DNA from: Torpedo marmorata | Taxonomy: Eukaryota | Assembly (NCBI GenBank): GCA_977017645.1 | Contig: OZ360221.1 | Span: 132,990,001 to 133,054,000, forward strand | Direction of reading: 5' to 3' | Length of the DNA stretch: 64,000 nt | In this document: positions 40,270-51,636 of the stretch, in pieces | Numbering within the stretch: position 1 is the first letter of the stretch | Layout of the letters: each line of letters opens with the position of its first letter | Program-made: the position numbers and the translations under genes | Notes under the pieces: generated by a model | What the model was told of the DNA's origin: nothing | Seen by the model: only the letters and a program-made list of their open reading frames with translations | The model's database searches: none

Positions 40270-40354
40270 TATATGGCATCTCCCACAGATTTGGGCTTCT
40301 GATAAATATTTAACAGTAAATGAAATGCCTTCTAATAACATGCTCAATGAAATA

Positions 40355-40887
40355 CTGTACAACTCTGATTATTCGAAGTGGTCGGGACCGGGCCTATTTT
40401 GGATAAACGACATTTTCGGATAACTGGTCATTTTTTAAAAAAACAGCCCAGTAACAACAGCAAATCACTTGTAACAGTGTTTAAACAACAACAAACAACA
40501 AGAGAAGGCTTTTTAAGCATGAAATAATGTTTAATTCTCACCAAAAAACAACCTGAACAAAATAAGATAAATCCAACACCAAAAACTTGAAATTCTACTC
40601 TGAGGTTTTTCCAAAATTCCAAAAACATTTTCAACCTGTGACGTCAGTTCGGCTCCGAAAAATTTTTCGGATAACTGAGGATTTCTGATTGTTTCGGATA
40701 TCCTCATTTATCTGAAAATTTTCAGAGGCGAAATGATGTCATTTTGGCTTCGATTTCTGATTTTTCTGAAATCCTCAATTATCCGAAAAAAATTTACGAG
40801 CCGAACAAACGTCACTTCCGAGTCCAAAAAAATTCGGATAACTGAGGATTTCGGATAATCCAATTTCGGATAATCAGAGTTGTACTG
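40355..40887. mobile_element. Pogo/Tigger-like MITE
   Basis: TIRs CTGTACAACTCTGATTATTCGAA / TTCGGATAATCAGAGTTGTACTG, TA TSDs at 40353-54 and 40888-89, repeated TTCGGATAA motifs and an internal inverted repeat. Confidence 0.85.
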
Positions 40888-42245
40888 TACCTTTTTTGAA
40901 ATACCGGTAGTTATTTGACTCCCCCAGGAAAATAGCCTGAATTAATGAAGAATTAGAAAATAAGTTTTGGAAGACTTGAATGGAAACAATACATTGTACT
41001 TGTAACAATGTCTTAAAATAAATTTTTACTTCCCTTTTTAAGATCTGCTCTAACTGCAGTTGTACTGAAAGGTTCTCAAATATTTTTGCACTGTCAAATA
41101 AGAAATATATAATAAATTTTATACTATCATTTTGGTACAAAAGCATTGCAATCCCATAAAACTAATTGGATAAATGCCACTGTAGTTTGTGGGCTGATAT
41201 TGCCTTCATCGACATTAAAAAAAGGTCTTGTGTGGATGGAGATTTTTGTTCCAACTGTTCCTTCCAAATCTACATGTAAGTCTGCAACATGCCAATCTTG
41301 CAGAAGAAGCAAGTCATCCTTTGAGCTCCAAGGGTCTACAAAAAATGGATAAATCAGTAAAGATCAATAGGAATTCTTTGTCAGCTCGTTATTTTGTTCT
41401 GATCTTAATATTAATGAGCTCTACATTTTCTCTTCAGGAAATTGTGATGGTAGGGGATAGTTGTATTGGCTTTCAGGGAGTAGGGTAAGGTTTTAGGAGT
41501 TCTCCATCAGATTGGGTTGTTTGCATCCTTGGTGCTGAACAACTTCCTACCAGAGATGAAGGCCATAATCGGACCACAACCAAATAAAAGCAAAATAACA
41601 GGCCGAAATGACAATGGACCAGTGGCTTTGGCATCTGCCTTTGTGAAGTACTTTGAGAGTTGGCCATGGCTTACTTCAACTCTAGCTTACCAACCAGCCT
41701 TGACCCACTTCAATTTGCTTATCGGCCTAACAAATGCATGCCAGGTGCCATCTCCCAGCTCTCCCCTTGTCCCTGGAGCACCTGGATACCAAGAACACCT
41801 ACATTAGACTACTATTGATAAACTACAGCTCTGCCTTCAATACCATTGACTCCAGCAAACTCATTCCCAAACTTCAGGATCTTGGCTCCAGTGCCCCTCA
41901 ACTGGATCCTTGACCTCCTGACTAACAGACATGTGAAGATGGGTAACAACATCTGCACATTCACTCTTGACACTGGCACTCCAAGTCCTGTACTATACTC
42001 CTCTGCACCCACAACTGTGCAGCTAAATACTGATCTAACAATTGTCTTCAAATTTGCTGATAACACCACAGGCCGGGTATAACAATGAGATGGAATATAT
42101 GAAAGGTAGTCTAGTGGCATAGTGCCAAGGTAACAATATTACTCAACTTTTAGACGAAGAATATGATCATTGACTTCAGGACAGTCCACACCCTGTCCAC
42201 ATTAATGGTGCTGAAGTTGAGTAGATATCTTGAAGTTTTTGACAA

Positions 42246-42733
42246 GGGCAGCACTGTTAGTGTAGTGGTTAGCACAATGCTATTACAGCGCCAGCAGCCC
42301 AGGTTCGAATCCAGCGCTGTCCGTAAGGAGTTTGTACGTTCTTCCAGTATATTTTTGGGTTTCTTTCGGGTGCTCTGGTTTCCTCCCACATTCCAAAGAT
42401 GCATGGGGTTAGTCAGTTAATTGGTCACAGAGTAAAAACACAATGCTGCAGAAACTCAGCAGGTCAAACAGTACTTTGTAGCAAAGATAAAGATACAAAA
42501 CCAATGTTTCGGGCTTGAGCCCTTCATCAAGGTATGATGAAGGGCTCAAGCCCGAAATGTTGATTTTGTATCTATCTTTGCTACATAAAGTACATTGTTG
42601 AAACTGCTGAGTTTCTCCAGCATTGTGTTTTTACTTCAATCACGGTGTCGACAGAAGTTTGTGTTTTACTCCTAATTGGTCACTTGGGTGTATTTAGGTG
42701 GCATGGGCTGGAAGGGCCTGTTACCGTGCTGTA

Positions 42734-42743
<10 letters not shown>
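42246..42743 (+). mobile_element. tRNA-derived V-SINE (HE1-like) containing a palindromic Penelope mini-element
   Basis: A/B boxes (TAGTGTAGTGG, GGTTCGAATCC), V-domain (GGGTGCTCTGGTTTCCTCCCACA) and CR1-type tail GGAAGGGCCTGTTACCGTGCTGTAT; homologous to 7378-7625. Confidence 0.85.
42429..42672. mobile_element. Palindromic Penelope-derived mini-element with 11 bp TSD
   Basis: ~100 bp inverted arms around AGGTA (42530-42534), each with TGATGAAGGGCTCAAGCCCGAAA; extra tail on the right arm; TAATTGGTCAC duplicated at 42418-42428 and 42673-42683. Confidence 0.92.

Positions 42744-42810
<67 letters not shown>
42744..42810. repeat. (TA)n microsatellite at SINE tail
   Basis: Uninterrupted TA run of ~67 nt preceded by (CT)n. 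Confidence 0.97.
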
Positions 42811-42812
<2 letters not shown>

Positions 42813-43749
42813 ATATGCTGGTATATTTATATATACCGGTATATAAAAAAAATCTCCAATGACCTGACCTGGGACAAATGTTGTTGGGGCGGTCAGGAAA
42901 GCACACCAATGCCTCGACTTGAAGAGATGAAGGGAGTTTGACATGTCCTCCTTGTCCCTCAACTTCCACAGGTGCACCATCAAAAGCATATTTGCTCAAT
43001 GCATCATAGCATGATATTGGGAGCTGCTCGGCTCAAGTTTGGAACAAGCCACAGAACGTAGTGAATGCAGCTCAGAACATAATGCAAACTTCCCTCCCTT
43101 CCATGGACTCCCATATATATTTCCTGCTCTCTAGGAAAGGCAGACAACATATTGAAAGACTCATCACACCCAAGACACGCTCCTTTCTCCCTCCTCCCAG
43201 TGGAGAGAAGGCTTAAATGTATTAAAGCACACACCAAAAGGCCATCTTCCCCTTGGCCATCAGGCTCCTGAATGAACCCCGTAACAGTGCTATCATACTG
43301 CCTTGGTGCTAATTGAACTTTTTTCATTGCAATCCTATATTTTGGAATTGTGCTCTGTGCACTGCTTACAGAAGAACCCTTCTCACTGCTCTGTATTAAT
43401 GGAATTTTTCTTTGGTGCTTTACCTTTTTTTGCTTCTGTATTTCTACTTGCCTTGTTTCCTGTTACTAAGCAATGCATATGGTTTGATATTAAGGAATAC
43501 AGAGAATAGATTGATTCCAATGAGAAAGAAAAATACCTAGTGATATCATCCATCTGTGGTTAACTAAAAATGTTGGTATCAAATTGAAAGAAAAAAACAA
43601 TTGCACGAAGAAGAGTTTTGGATCAGAAAACTGGACAACAATTTTAAAGGAACAGTGACTACATGTAAAGTTATTTTGTATATGAAGTAGCCAGGAGTGC
43701 AAATTAAAAAAAAAAAAAAGGTTCCTATAAGTATTTAACCAGAAATGAT

Positions 43750-44270
43750 GTACAGAGATTAATCAAATGCATGAAGATGTGGCAGATGGACTATGATGTG
43801 GAAAATTGTGAAGTTACCCACTGGTAGAGAAAATAAAGGCTTTTTTTTAAAATGGTGAGAGATTGGAAAGTGTTGTTCATGAGGGCCTTGTCATTCTGCA
43901 CAAATTGTGGAAAGTGAAATCTCACCAGGTTGAAATGTCTCTTAAGCAAAGACTAAACTAACTGGGCACATACTTCATTTTAGAATTGGAAGTGATCTTA
44001 CAGAAATACAAATTTTAAGATCTAGGTACAAGGATGTTGTTTCCTTTTTGGGATTTCTAAACCAGCGGGGTGGTCCCAGTCTCTTTAATGAGGGATTAAC
44101 CAATCAAGATAGAAAAGAACAGAACTTGCCTCACCTGATATCTTTTGGAGTCAGTTGTATTTAGTCTTATCAGTTCATAACCCGAGCTCCCCAAAACAGT
44201 TGGGAAGGCTCTGCCTTGAGTACATTCAGAAGTTTTTTCAGTATTAAGCGAATTGAGAGATGTAGGCTAA
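43750..44270 (+). mobile_element. Highly decayed CR1-like LINE 3' region
   Basis: TGGCAGATGGACTATGATGTGGAAAATTGTGAAGTTACCCAC (WQM.Y.V..CEV.H, CR1 RT thumb) and downstream remnants. Confidence 0.5.
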
Positions 44271-44365
44271 GCTCAGTGGTACAATTGAATTATTTGTCAT
44301 GTGCTCCGAGAAATGATGGAAAAGCTTTGCATGCTATCCAGGCAAGTCAGTTAACAGCACCAATA

Positions 44366-44590
44366 GCCTGAATATGACTGGGATTGTCTGATCTCGGAAG
44401 CTAAGCAGGCACAGGACTGGTCAGTACTTGGAGCGGAGACTGCCTAGGAACACCAGGTGCTGTAGGTTCTGTGAGGGGTGCTGGACAAAGTAGCAACTCT
44501 GTCTGCCTTACGGTAGACAAATTAAAGAATTTCATGTAATACTACATTTAGAATGTAACATACATGACAATAATGGAACCTTTACCTTCA
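44366..44590 (+). mobile_element. 5S rRNA-derived SINE (SINE3-type) with Rex1/Babar-like tail
   Basis: GTCTGATCTCGGAAGCTAAGCAGG...CTGGTCAGTACTTGGAGCGGAGACTGCCTAGGAACACCAGGTGCTGTAGG (5S box A/IE/C region), then GAATTTCATG-hairpin-CATGACAATAA and (ACCTTT)n. Confidence 0.88.
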
Positions 44591-44900
44591 TAGTTAATAC
44601 AGCAGTGCAAAAATACAACAAAGCTGCAGGACAAGAAAATGCAGGCAACAAATTTGGTTAAAGCTCCGCAGGGCACCATCTTGCTAATGAGGGGCCCATT
44701 CAAGTGTTTGATAACTCTGGGGAAGAAACTGCCTTTGAATCTGGTGGTGCATATTTTGAATACTTGTACCTTCTGCCTGACAGGAGGTGGTGGGTGGGGG
44801 GGAGGGGGGAGAGGGAGAGAGGAGGAGAAAGCGCGACTGTGACTGGAGTGAGTCGTTTGGTACATGTTGATTTTTTTTTTTGATGCAGTGGGAAGTGCAG
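44591..44900 (-). mobile_element. Old Rex1/Babar-like 3' fragment
   Basis: Translation remnants LLSGRRYK / TTRFKGSFFPRVIKHLN. Confidence 0.55.
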
Positions 44901-44907
44901 ATTGAGT

Positions 44908-47900
44908 TCAGAATCAGAATTTATTGTCATGAACAAGTCATGAAATTCAGTGTTTTGCGGCAGCATCATAGTGTAAACATTCATATAACCATTTTTCGAC
45001 ATTACTAGAAAAAAATATAAATAAGAGTGCACGAAAAGTAAGGCAGTGTCTTTGGTTCATTGATTATTCAGGAATCTGATGGCAGCGGGGAAGAAGCTGT
45101 CCTTGTGCCGTTGAGTGCTCGACTTTAGGCTCCTGTACCTTTTTCCTGATGGTAGCAGAGTGAAGAGGGCATGGCCTGGGTGGTGGGGGTCTTTGAGGAT
45201 AGAGGCTGCTTTTTTAAGACACTGCCTCATGTAGATATCCTCGATGGAGTGAAATTTGGTGCCTGTGATGTCACAGGCCGAGTTAACAATCCTCTGGAGT
45301 TTATTCTTGTCCTGAGAGTTGGCGCCTCCATACCAGGCAGTGATGCAACCAGCCTGAGTGCTCTCCACGGTACACATGTTGAAGTTTACGAGAGTCTTCG
45401 GTGACATACCGAATCTCCTCAGACACCTCACAAAGTATAGCCGCTGGCGAGCCTTCTTTGCGATTGCATCAATGTGGAGGCTCCAGAACAGATCCTCGGA
45501 GATGTTGACACCCAGGAATTTGAAGTTCTTGACCCTGTCCACAACTGAGCCCTTGATGAGGACTGGGTCGTGTTCCCCTGACTTCCTCCTGAAGTCCACA
45601 ATCATCTCCTTGGTTTTGCTGACGTTGAGCGCAAGGTTGTTGTCGTTACACCATTCAACGAGCTGATCTATCTCCCTCCTGTATGCTTCCTCATTCCCGT
45701 TTGTGATTCTGCCGACAACTGTGGTGTCATCAGCAAACTTGTAGATGGCATTGGAATTGTGCCTGGCCCCACAGTCATGGGTGTATAACGAGTAGAGCAG
45801 TGGACAAAGCACGCATCCTTGGGGTGTGCCTGTGTTGATAATCAGTGAGGAGGAGATGTTTCCAATTAGTACTGACTGTGGTCTTCCGATGAAAAAGTCA
45901 ATGATCCAGTTGCAGAGTGGGGTACAGAGGCCAAGAGTTTGTAGCTTCTTGACCAGCACTGAGGGAATAATGATATTGAAGTCCGAGCTGTAGTTGATGA
46001 AGAGCAGCTGTATGTATGAATTGCTGTTTTCGAGGTGATCCTGAGCTGAGTGGAGAGCCAGCGATATTGCATCTGCTGTGGAGCGATTGTGACGATAGGC
46101 GAATTGCAGTGGATCCAGATCTTTGCTAAGGTACGTGTTAATTCTGGCCATGACCAGCCTCTCAAAGCATTTCATCATAGTAGAAGTTAGTGCTACTGGG
46201 CGTTAGTCATTGAGGCAGTTCACAGTACTCTTGGGTACTGGGATGATTGATGCCCTTTTGAAGCAGGTGGGAACCTCTGACTGCAGCAATGAGAGGTTGA
46301 AAATGTCCGTGAACACTTCGGCTAGTTGGTTGGCGCAGATTTTCAGTACCCTGCCAGGTACGCCGTCAGGGCCTGACGCCTTGCGAGGGTTCACCCTCTT
46401 GAATGATGTTCTGACGTCGCCCTTAGAGACAGATATCACAGGGTCCTCAGCCTTTTGAGGGATTCTAGTAGGCACTGTTTGGTTCTTCTCAAAGCGGGCA
46501 TAGAAGGTGTTCAGCTCATCGGGTAGTGAAGCATCACAGCCGTCTATAGTGTTCGCCCTCGCTTTGTAGGCTGTAATGGCCTGCACTCCCTGCCATAACT
46601 GGCGTGTATCTGTCTCTGCCTCTAGCTTCCTCTGGAATTGCCACTTTGCTTCAGAGATGGCCTTCCGCAGGTCGTGCCTGGACTTATTGTAAAGATCCCG
46701 GTCCCTGGCCTTAAATGCCCTTGTTCTCACCCTTAGCAGGTAGCGAATTCTCTGATTCACCCAGGGCTTCTGGTTGGGGAACACCCGGTATTTGCGCATG
46801 GGCACACACTCATCCACGCGGGTCTTGATGAAGTCGGTGACACCTGTTGCATATTCATTCTGGTCGATGAATGAGTTCTTGAATATGTTCCCGTCCACCG
46901 ATTCAAAGCAGTCCTGCAGACACTCCTCCGCCCCCCTCGACCATACTTTCACCGACCTCACCACTGGTGCTGTGGTCTTCAGTCTCTGCTTGTTCGCCGG
47001 GAGTAGAAGTACAGCCAGGTGATTAGACTTGCCGAAGTGCGGTCGTGGTATGGCTCAGTATGCGTTCTTCATGGTGTAGCAGTGGTCGAGTGTGTTAGTT
47101 CCCCTGGTTTCGCATGTGATGTGTTGGTGATAGTTTGTCAGTGACTTCTTCAGATTGACCTGATTGAAGTCTCCCACAATGATCGGGAAGGCATCAGGAT
47201 GTGCTGTCTCATGGCTGTTTATCACAATGCTCAGTCCCTCCAGTGCCAGCCTGACGTTAGCCTGGGGCGGAATGTACACTGCGACCAGGATGATGGCGGT
47301 GAACTCCCTCGGCAGGTAGAATGGGCGACACTTGATCAGCAGATGTTCCAGGTCGAGGGAGCAGGACTGGGACATGACCATCACGTCTGTGCACCATGAT
47401 GAATTGATGATGGCATAAACGCCGCCTCCGCTGGTTTTTCCAGATGCTGGTGTTCAGTCAGCGCGATGGAGGGTGTAGCCCTTGGGTTGCATAGCCGTGT
47501 CCAGGATGTCTGCGTTTAGCCACGTTTCTGTGAAGCACATCACGCAGCACTCCCTGATGACTCTCTGATATTGAATTTTGGCTTGGAGTTCATCAAATTT
47601 GTTCTCAGAGGATGGTAGGGAGTGGAAGCTTCAGGTCCCCGCATCTCAGCTTGACCTGTAGCCCCCTCTGCATCCACGTGGTCGGGTCTTCTTTACTTGG
47701 CCCGTGAGTCCGCTGCTGGTAGTTTCCGCAGTGTTTAAATGGTCCGTGCGCTGCCCCTTTAAATCCTCCGTGATGTTTAAGTGTGCTGAGTGCCTGCTGT
47801 CTGCAACTCCCGCGAAGTTTAAATGGCCCGTTCTCTGGCTGTTTAAAACTCCCGCGGTGGTGTTATACTTGCGTGAGCTGTTTAAAGGTCCCGTGGCCCG

Positions 47901-48074
47901 ACGGAGTCTGCCGATTCCGAGGTCTGCCAGTGATCTTAGTATATCCATGTTGTCGGGTAAGTTTGATTTTGTTTCTTGTTTTTTTGTTTGATTTTTAGAA
48001 GTTCTGAACGGGAATATTTGATTATTCCCTTCAGAGCTGCACGCAAAGAGTCGCCGCTGTAAGGCGCCATTTTG
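44908..48074 (-). mobile_element. Near full-length Rex1/Babar LINE (subfamily B): AP endonuclease + RT, disrupted
   Basis: CFTETWL, CRPFYLPREF...VYIPP...GDFN...TLDHCY (APE); ORFs 46203..46964 and 45057..46178 ([31 protein letters not shown]); 3' hairpin TCATGA-n5-TCATGA with (TTCTGA)n tail; probable 5' end CAAAATGGCGCC. Contains stops and frameshifts. Confidence 0.93.
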
Positions 48075-48313
48075 GATGAAGAAGTTAGTTTGCCAGAGTT
48101 GTCTTGGATAAGCACCAACCTTTTTCAAAATACTAGCAGTTAATGCTTAAAAATACGTGTGAACTGTTATGGTCTGAAGCTCAGCATTAATGAAAAATTA
48201 AATTATCCAACAGTAAGTTGGTACTGGTCTCTAAACTAGTTTTGCTCTTCCATTCACTGGTAAACTAGCTTTATGGTAATAAAGTCGATAGAAGAATGAG
48301 TGATCCCCGAGAG

Positions 48314-49350
48314 CCGGGTTTCCCAAACTTTTTCTTTCCACTCACATACCACTATAATTACCGTAATTCCTATGCCATAGGTGCTCAGTAAGGGATTACG
48401 TAAAGTGGTATGTGAGTGGAAAGAAAAATCAGAATCAGAATCAGAATCAGAATTTATTGTCATGAACAAGTCATGAAATTCGGTGCTTTGCGGCAGCATC
48501 ATAGTGCAATTAACATTCATATTAACCATTCTAACGACATTACTATATAAAATTATAAACAATAGTGCACTAGTGTCTTTGGTTCATTGATTGTTCAGGA
48601 ATCTGATGGCAGCGGGGAAGAAGCTGACCTTGTGCCGTTGAGTGCTCGTCTTTAGGCTCCTGTACCTTTTCCCCGATGGAAGCAGCGTGAAGAGGGCATG
48701 GCCTGGGTGGTGGGGGTCCTTGAGGATAGAGGCTGCTTTATTAAGACATCGCCTCATGTAGATGTCCTCGATGGAGTGAAGTTTGGTGCCCGTGATGTCA
48801 CAAGCCGAGGTAACAACCTTCTGGAGTTTGCACTTGTCCTGGGAGTTGGCACCACCATACCAGGCAGTGATGCAACCAGCTAGAATGCTCTCCACGGTAC
48901 ACCTGTAGAAGTTCACAAGAGTCTTTGGCGACATACCGAATCTCCGCAATCGCCTCACAAAGTATAGCCGCTGACGAGCCTTCTTTGTGATTGCATCCAC
49001 GTGGATGCTCCAGGACAGATCCTCGGAGATGTTGACACCCAGGAATTTGAAGTTCTTGACCCTCTCCACGACTGAGCCCTCGATGAGGACTGGGTTGAAA
49101 ACCACTGTTTTAATCGTACCTAATTGATTTGTTATGTGCACGGTTTCATAACTCCAAAGGAAATGGGCCAATGACAATTTTTCTCAAGCAAAATATTTCA
49201 GTAACAATTGGGTCTAGAACAGTGGTTCTCAACCTTTTTTTACCACTCACATACCACTTTACGTAATCCCTTACTAATCACAGAGCACCTATGGCATAGG
49301 GATTACTTAAAGTGGTATGTGAGTGGAAAGAAAAAGTTTGGGAAACCCTG
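48314..49350. mobile_element. hAT (Charlie-like) composite MITE, interrupted by a Rex fragment
   Basis: Long TIRs C(C/A)GGGTTTCCCAAACTTTTTCTTTCCACTCACATACCACT; 8 bp TSD CCCGAGAG (48306-13) / CCCTAGAG (49351-58), 7/8 match; internal CAGTGGTT ends. Confidence 0.8.
48428..49095 (-). mobile_element. 5'-truncated Rex1/Babar LINE (subfamily B)
   Basis: Most of ORF 48584..49177 is nearly identical to the C-terminus of 45057..46178; (TTCTGA)n tail. Confidence 0.93.
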
Positions 49351-50887
49351 CCCTAGAGAATCAGTGACGTACAATGGGGAGCTCTGCATGCTGCGTGTGC
49401 ACAATGGAATTGTTACAGTATTTAAAAAAAAAACGGATCTTTTTAATTGAAGGATGTGAATGTTGATTGTAATTCAGCATACCTGCCCAATCTGTGCGCT
49501 GAAAATGACAGCAAGTTCACTCTTTGAATCATTTGATGTTTTTGGGGATTTTGAGATGTGTTGAGTGCAGTACAATTCCAAGCGTGCTGTATGGTGTTGA
49601 GTTATCTTGCAGGTTGATGATTCTTGTGCTCCCCCTGCACTTCATAAGGTGGCAAAGATTGCTGCGAGATTGCCAAACAAAGTGTACCACAACGTAACAG
49701 AGATGGGGTTGCTTAAGTGGTGGACTATTGTCTCCTGCATTCGGAAAAGGTTCTTGAGTGGTGTTGCAGGAATGTGAAGAATGTGAGCGTTTATCCTGTA
49801 TTTCAGCCTATTTTAAGTGGTCAGAAAGTTTTGGAAACAAGTCATTTGATGCGGGGGATTAAAAGAATTTCTGACCAGTTTTTGTTTTGAAACCACAATA
49901 GCTGTGTGACAGATCCAGTGCTGCAGATAGTTATTGTTTCAGCATTTCTGAATGTTGAATAATTCTTACCAGGCCAAAGCTTAAAACTGTCAAGGTCTTG
50001 CATGCATACACAGATTATTTGTCATTTTAAGGAATACTGATGGAACTACAAAAGGTCAGTAATGACCATGTCATCTGGGGGGAAAAAAGAAAATATTCCA
50101 CTTCTGATTCTAAGATCACATTGAAGCCAATGAGATCGAGTCTAAGAAACTTCGTGATGAGTAAATTGATAATCCAACAACTACAACTGTGTATTCATTT
50201 TCATGTTGAGCACAGTGCCAGTCAAGGGCATAACTCTCATCTAGACTCTTTTGGCATTCTCCTTGGTCATTTTATGCCTTGACCTGCAGTGTTGCTTCTG
50301 GAGTTCTGTTCACTGTTTGAACCAAAACAACAAGCTTCATTACAATCAAGTGGTCATGTGAAACACCAACTGAACATTAGCGAGCAGGTTATTGGTGAGC
50401 ACATGGGCAATGACAGTTTCTGGAAATGTTTGTGTAGATGGATGGGGTGGCTTTGGTAAGTGCTTTGGGGACAGAAAAAACTGACACTTTGCCATGTTCT
50501 TTGTTGGTGCCAGTTTGAAGTACTAGAACAACGCAAATTATCATTTTAGCCAAGATTACGGGACCCATGACCTTTTGTGCAGTACTCTTGGCTGCTGTTT
50601 GATATTACATGGAGAAGTCAATGGGCTGAAAAGTTTGGTGGATTATTCGCTCTGCCCTTTAAGGTGTGAAGTCAATGTTTTGGCTTTTCCATTTAATCTG
50701 CCACAAAAGATGGAAACATTTTGGTGTTTTAATTGCCGATTAAGGGTCAGGTAATGGTAATTGCTGGAGTCCACCCATCTCTTTAAATTTATTGGCATCA
50801 TCAATGACAAACTAATGGGGAGCTTGGATGGCTGTATTGATCAGAAACTTCATTAGTACCTTCTAGTTGATGTCAGAGGTATTGTGT

Positions 50888-51636
50888 GACAATAGACAAT
50901 AGGTGCAGGAGTAGGCCATTTGGCCCTTCGAGCCAGCACTGCCATTCACTGTGATCATGGCTGATCATCCACTATCAGTACCCCGTTCCTGCCCTCTCCC
51001 CATATCCCTTGACTCTGCTATCTTTAAGAGCTCTATCTAACTCTTGAAAGCTTCCAGAGAATTGGCCTCCGCTGCCTTCTGAGACAGAGCATTCCACAGA
51101 TCCACAACTCTCTGGGTGAAAAAGATTTTCCTCAACTCCGTTCTAAATGGCCTACCCCTGATTCTTAAACTGTGGCCTCTGGTTCTCGACTCCCCCAGCA
51201 TCGGGAACATGTTTGCTGCCTCTAGTGTGTCCAGTCCCTTAATAATCCTATGTTTCAATCAGATCTCCTCTTATCCTTCTAAATTCCCGTGTATACAAGC
51301 CCAATCGCTCCAATCTTTCAACATATGACAGTCCCGCCTCCCAGGAATTAACCTCGTGAACCTACACTGCACTCCCTCAATAGCAAGAATGTCCTTCCTC
51401 AAACCTGGAGACCAAAACTGCACACAGTACTCCAGGTGTGGTCTCACCAGGGCCCTGTACAACTGCAGAAGGACCTCTTTGCTCTTATACTCAACTCCCC
51501 TTGTTATGAAGGCCAACATGCCATTAGCTTTCTTCACTGCCTGCTGTACCTGCATGCTTACTTTCAGTGACTGATGAACAAGGACACCTAGATCTTGTTG
51601 TACTTCCCCTTTTCCTAACTTGACACCATTCAGACA
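50888..51636 (-). mobile_element. CR1-clade (HER1-like) LINE 3' fragment
   Basis: LYRALVRPHLEYCVQFWSP, TRGHSLRI...FFTQRVVDLWNAL; tail GGCCAAATGGCCTACTCCTGCACC followed by (TATTGTC)n. Confidence 0.92.

Larger units (their letters stand above)
41695..43280 (+). mobile_element. Old Rex1/Babar LINE fragment interrupted by a SINE
   Basis: Remnants [48 protein letters not shown] and a C-terminal DSSHP..FSLLP.GRR-like region. Confidence 0.7.

Noticed and set aside
40355-40887. CRISPR-like or iteron-like repeated TTCGGATAA motifs
   Set aside because: Eukaryotic context, irregular spacing and mixed orientation inside TA-flanked TIRs; these are MITE subterminal repeats.
44366-44468. Functional 5S rRNA gene (also 7845-7945)
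   Set aside because: Diverged, 5'-incomplete, lacks an oligo-T terminator and is fused to a shared retroposon tail, so it is a SINE head.
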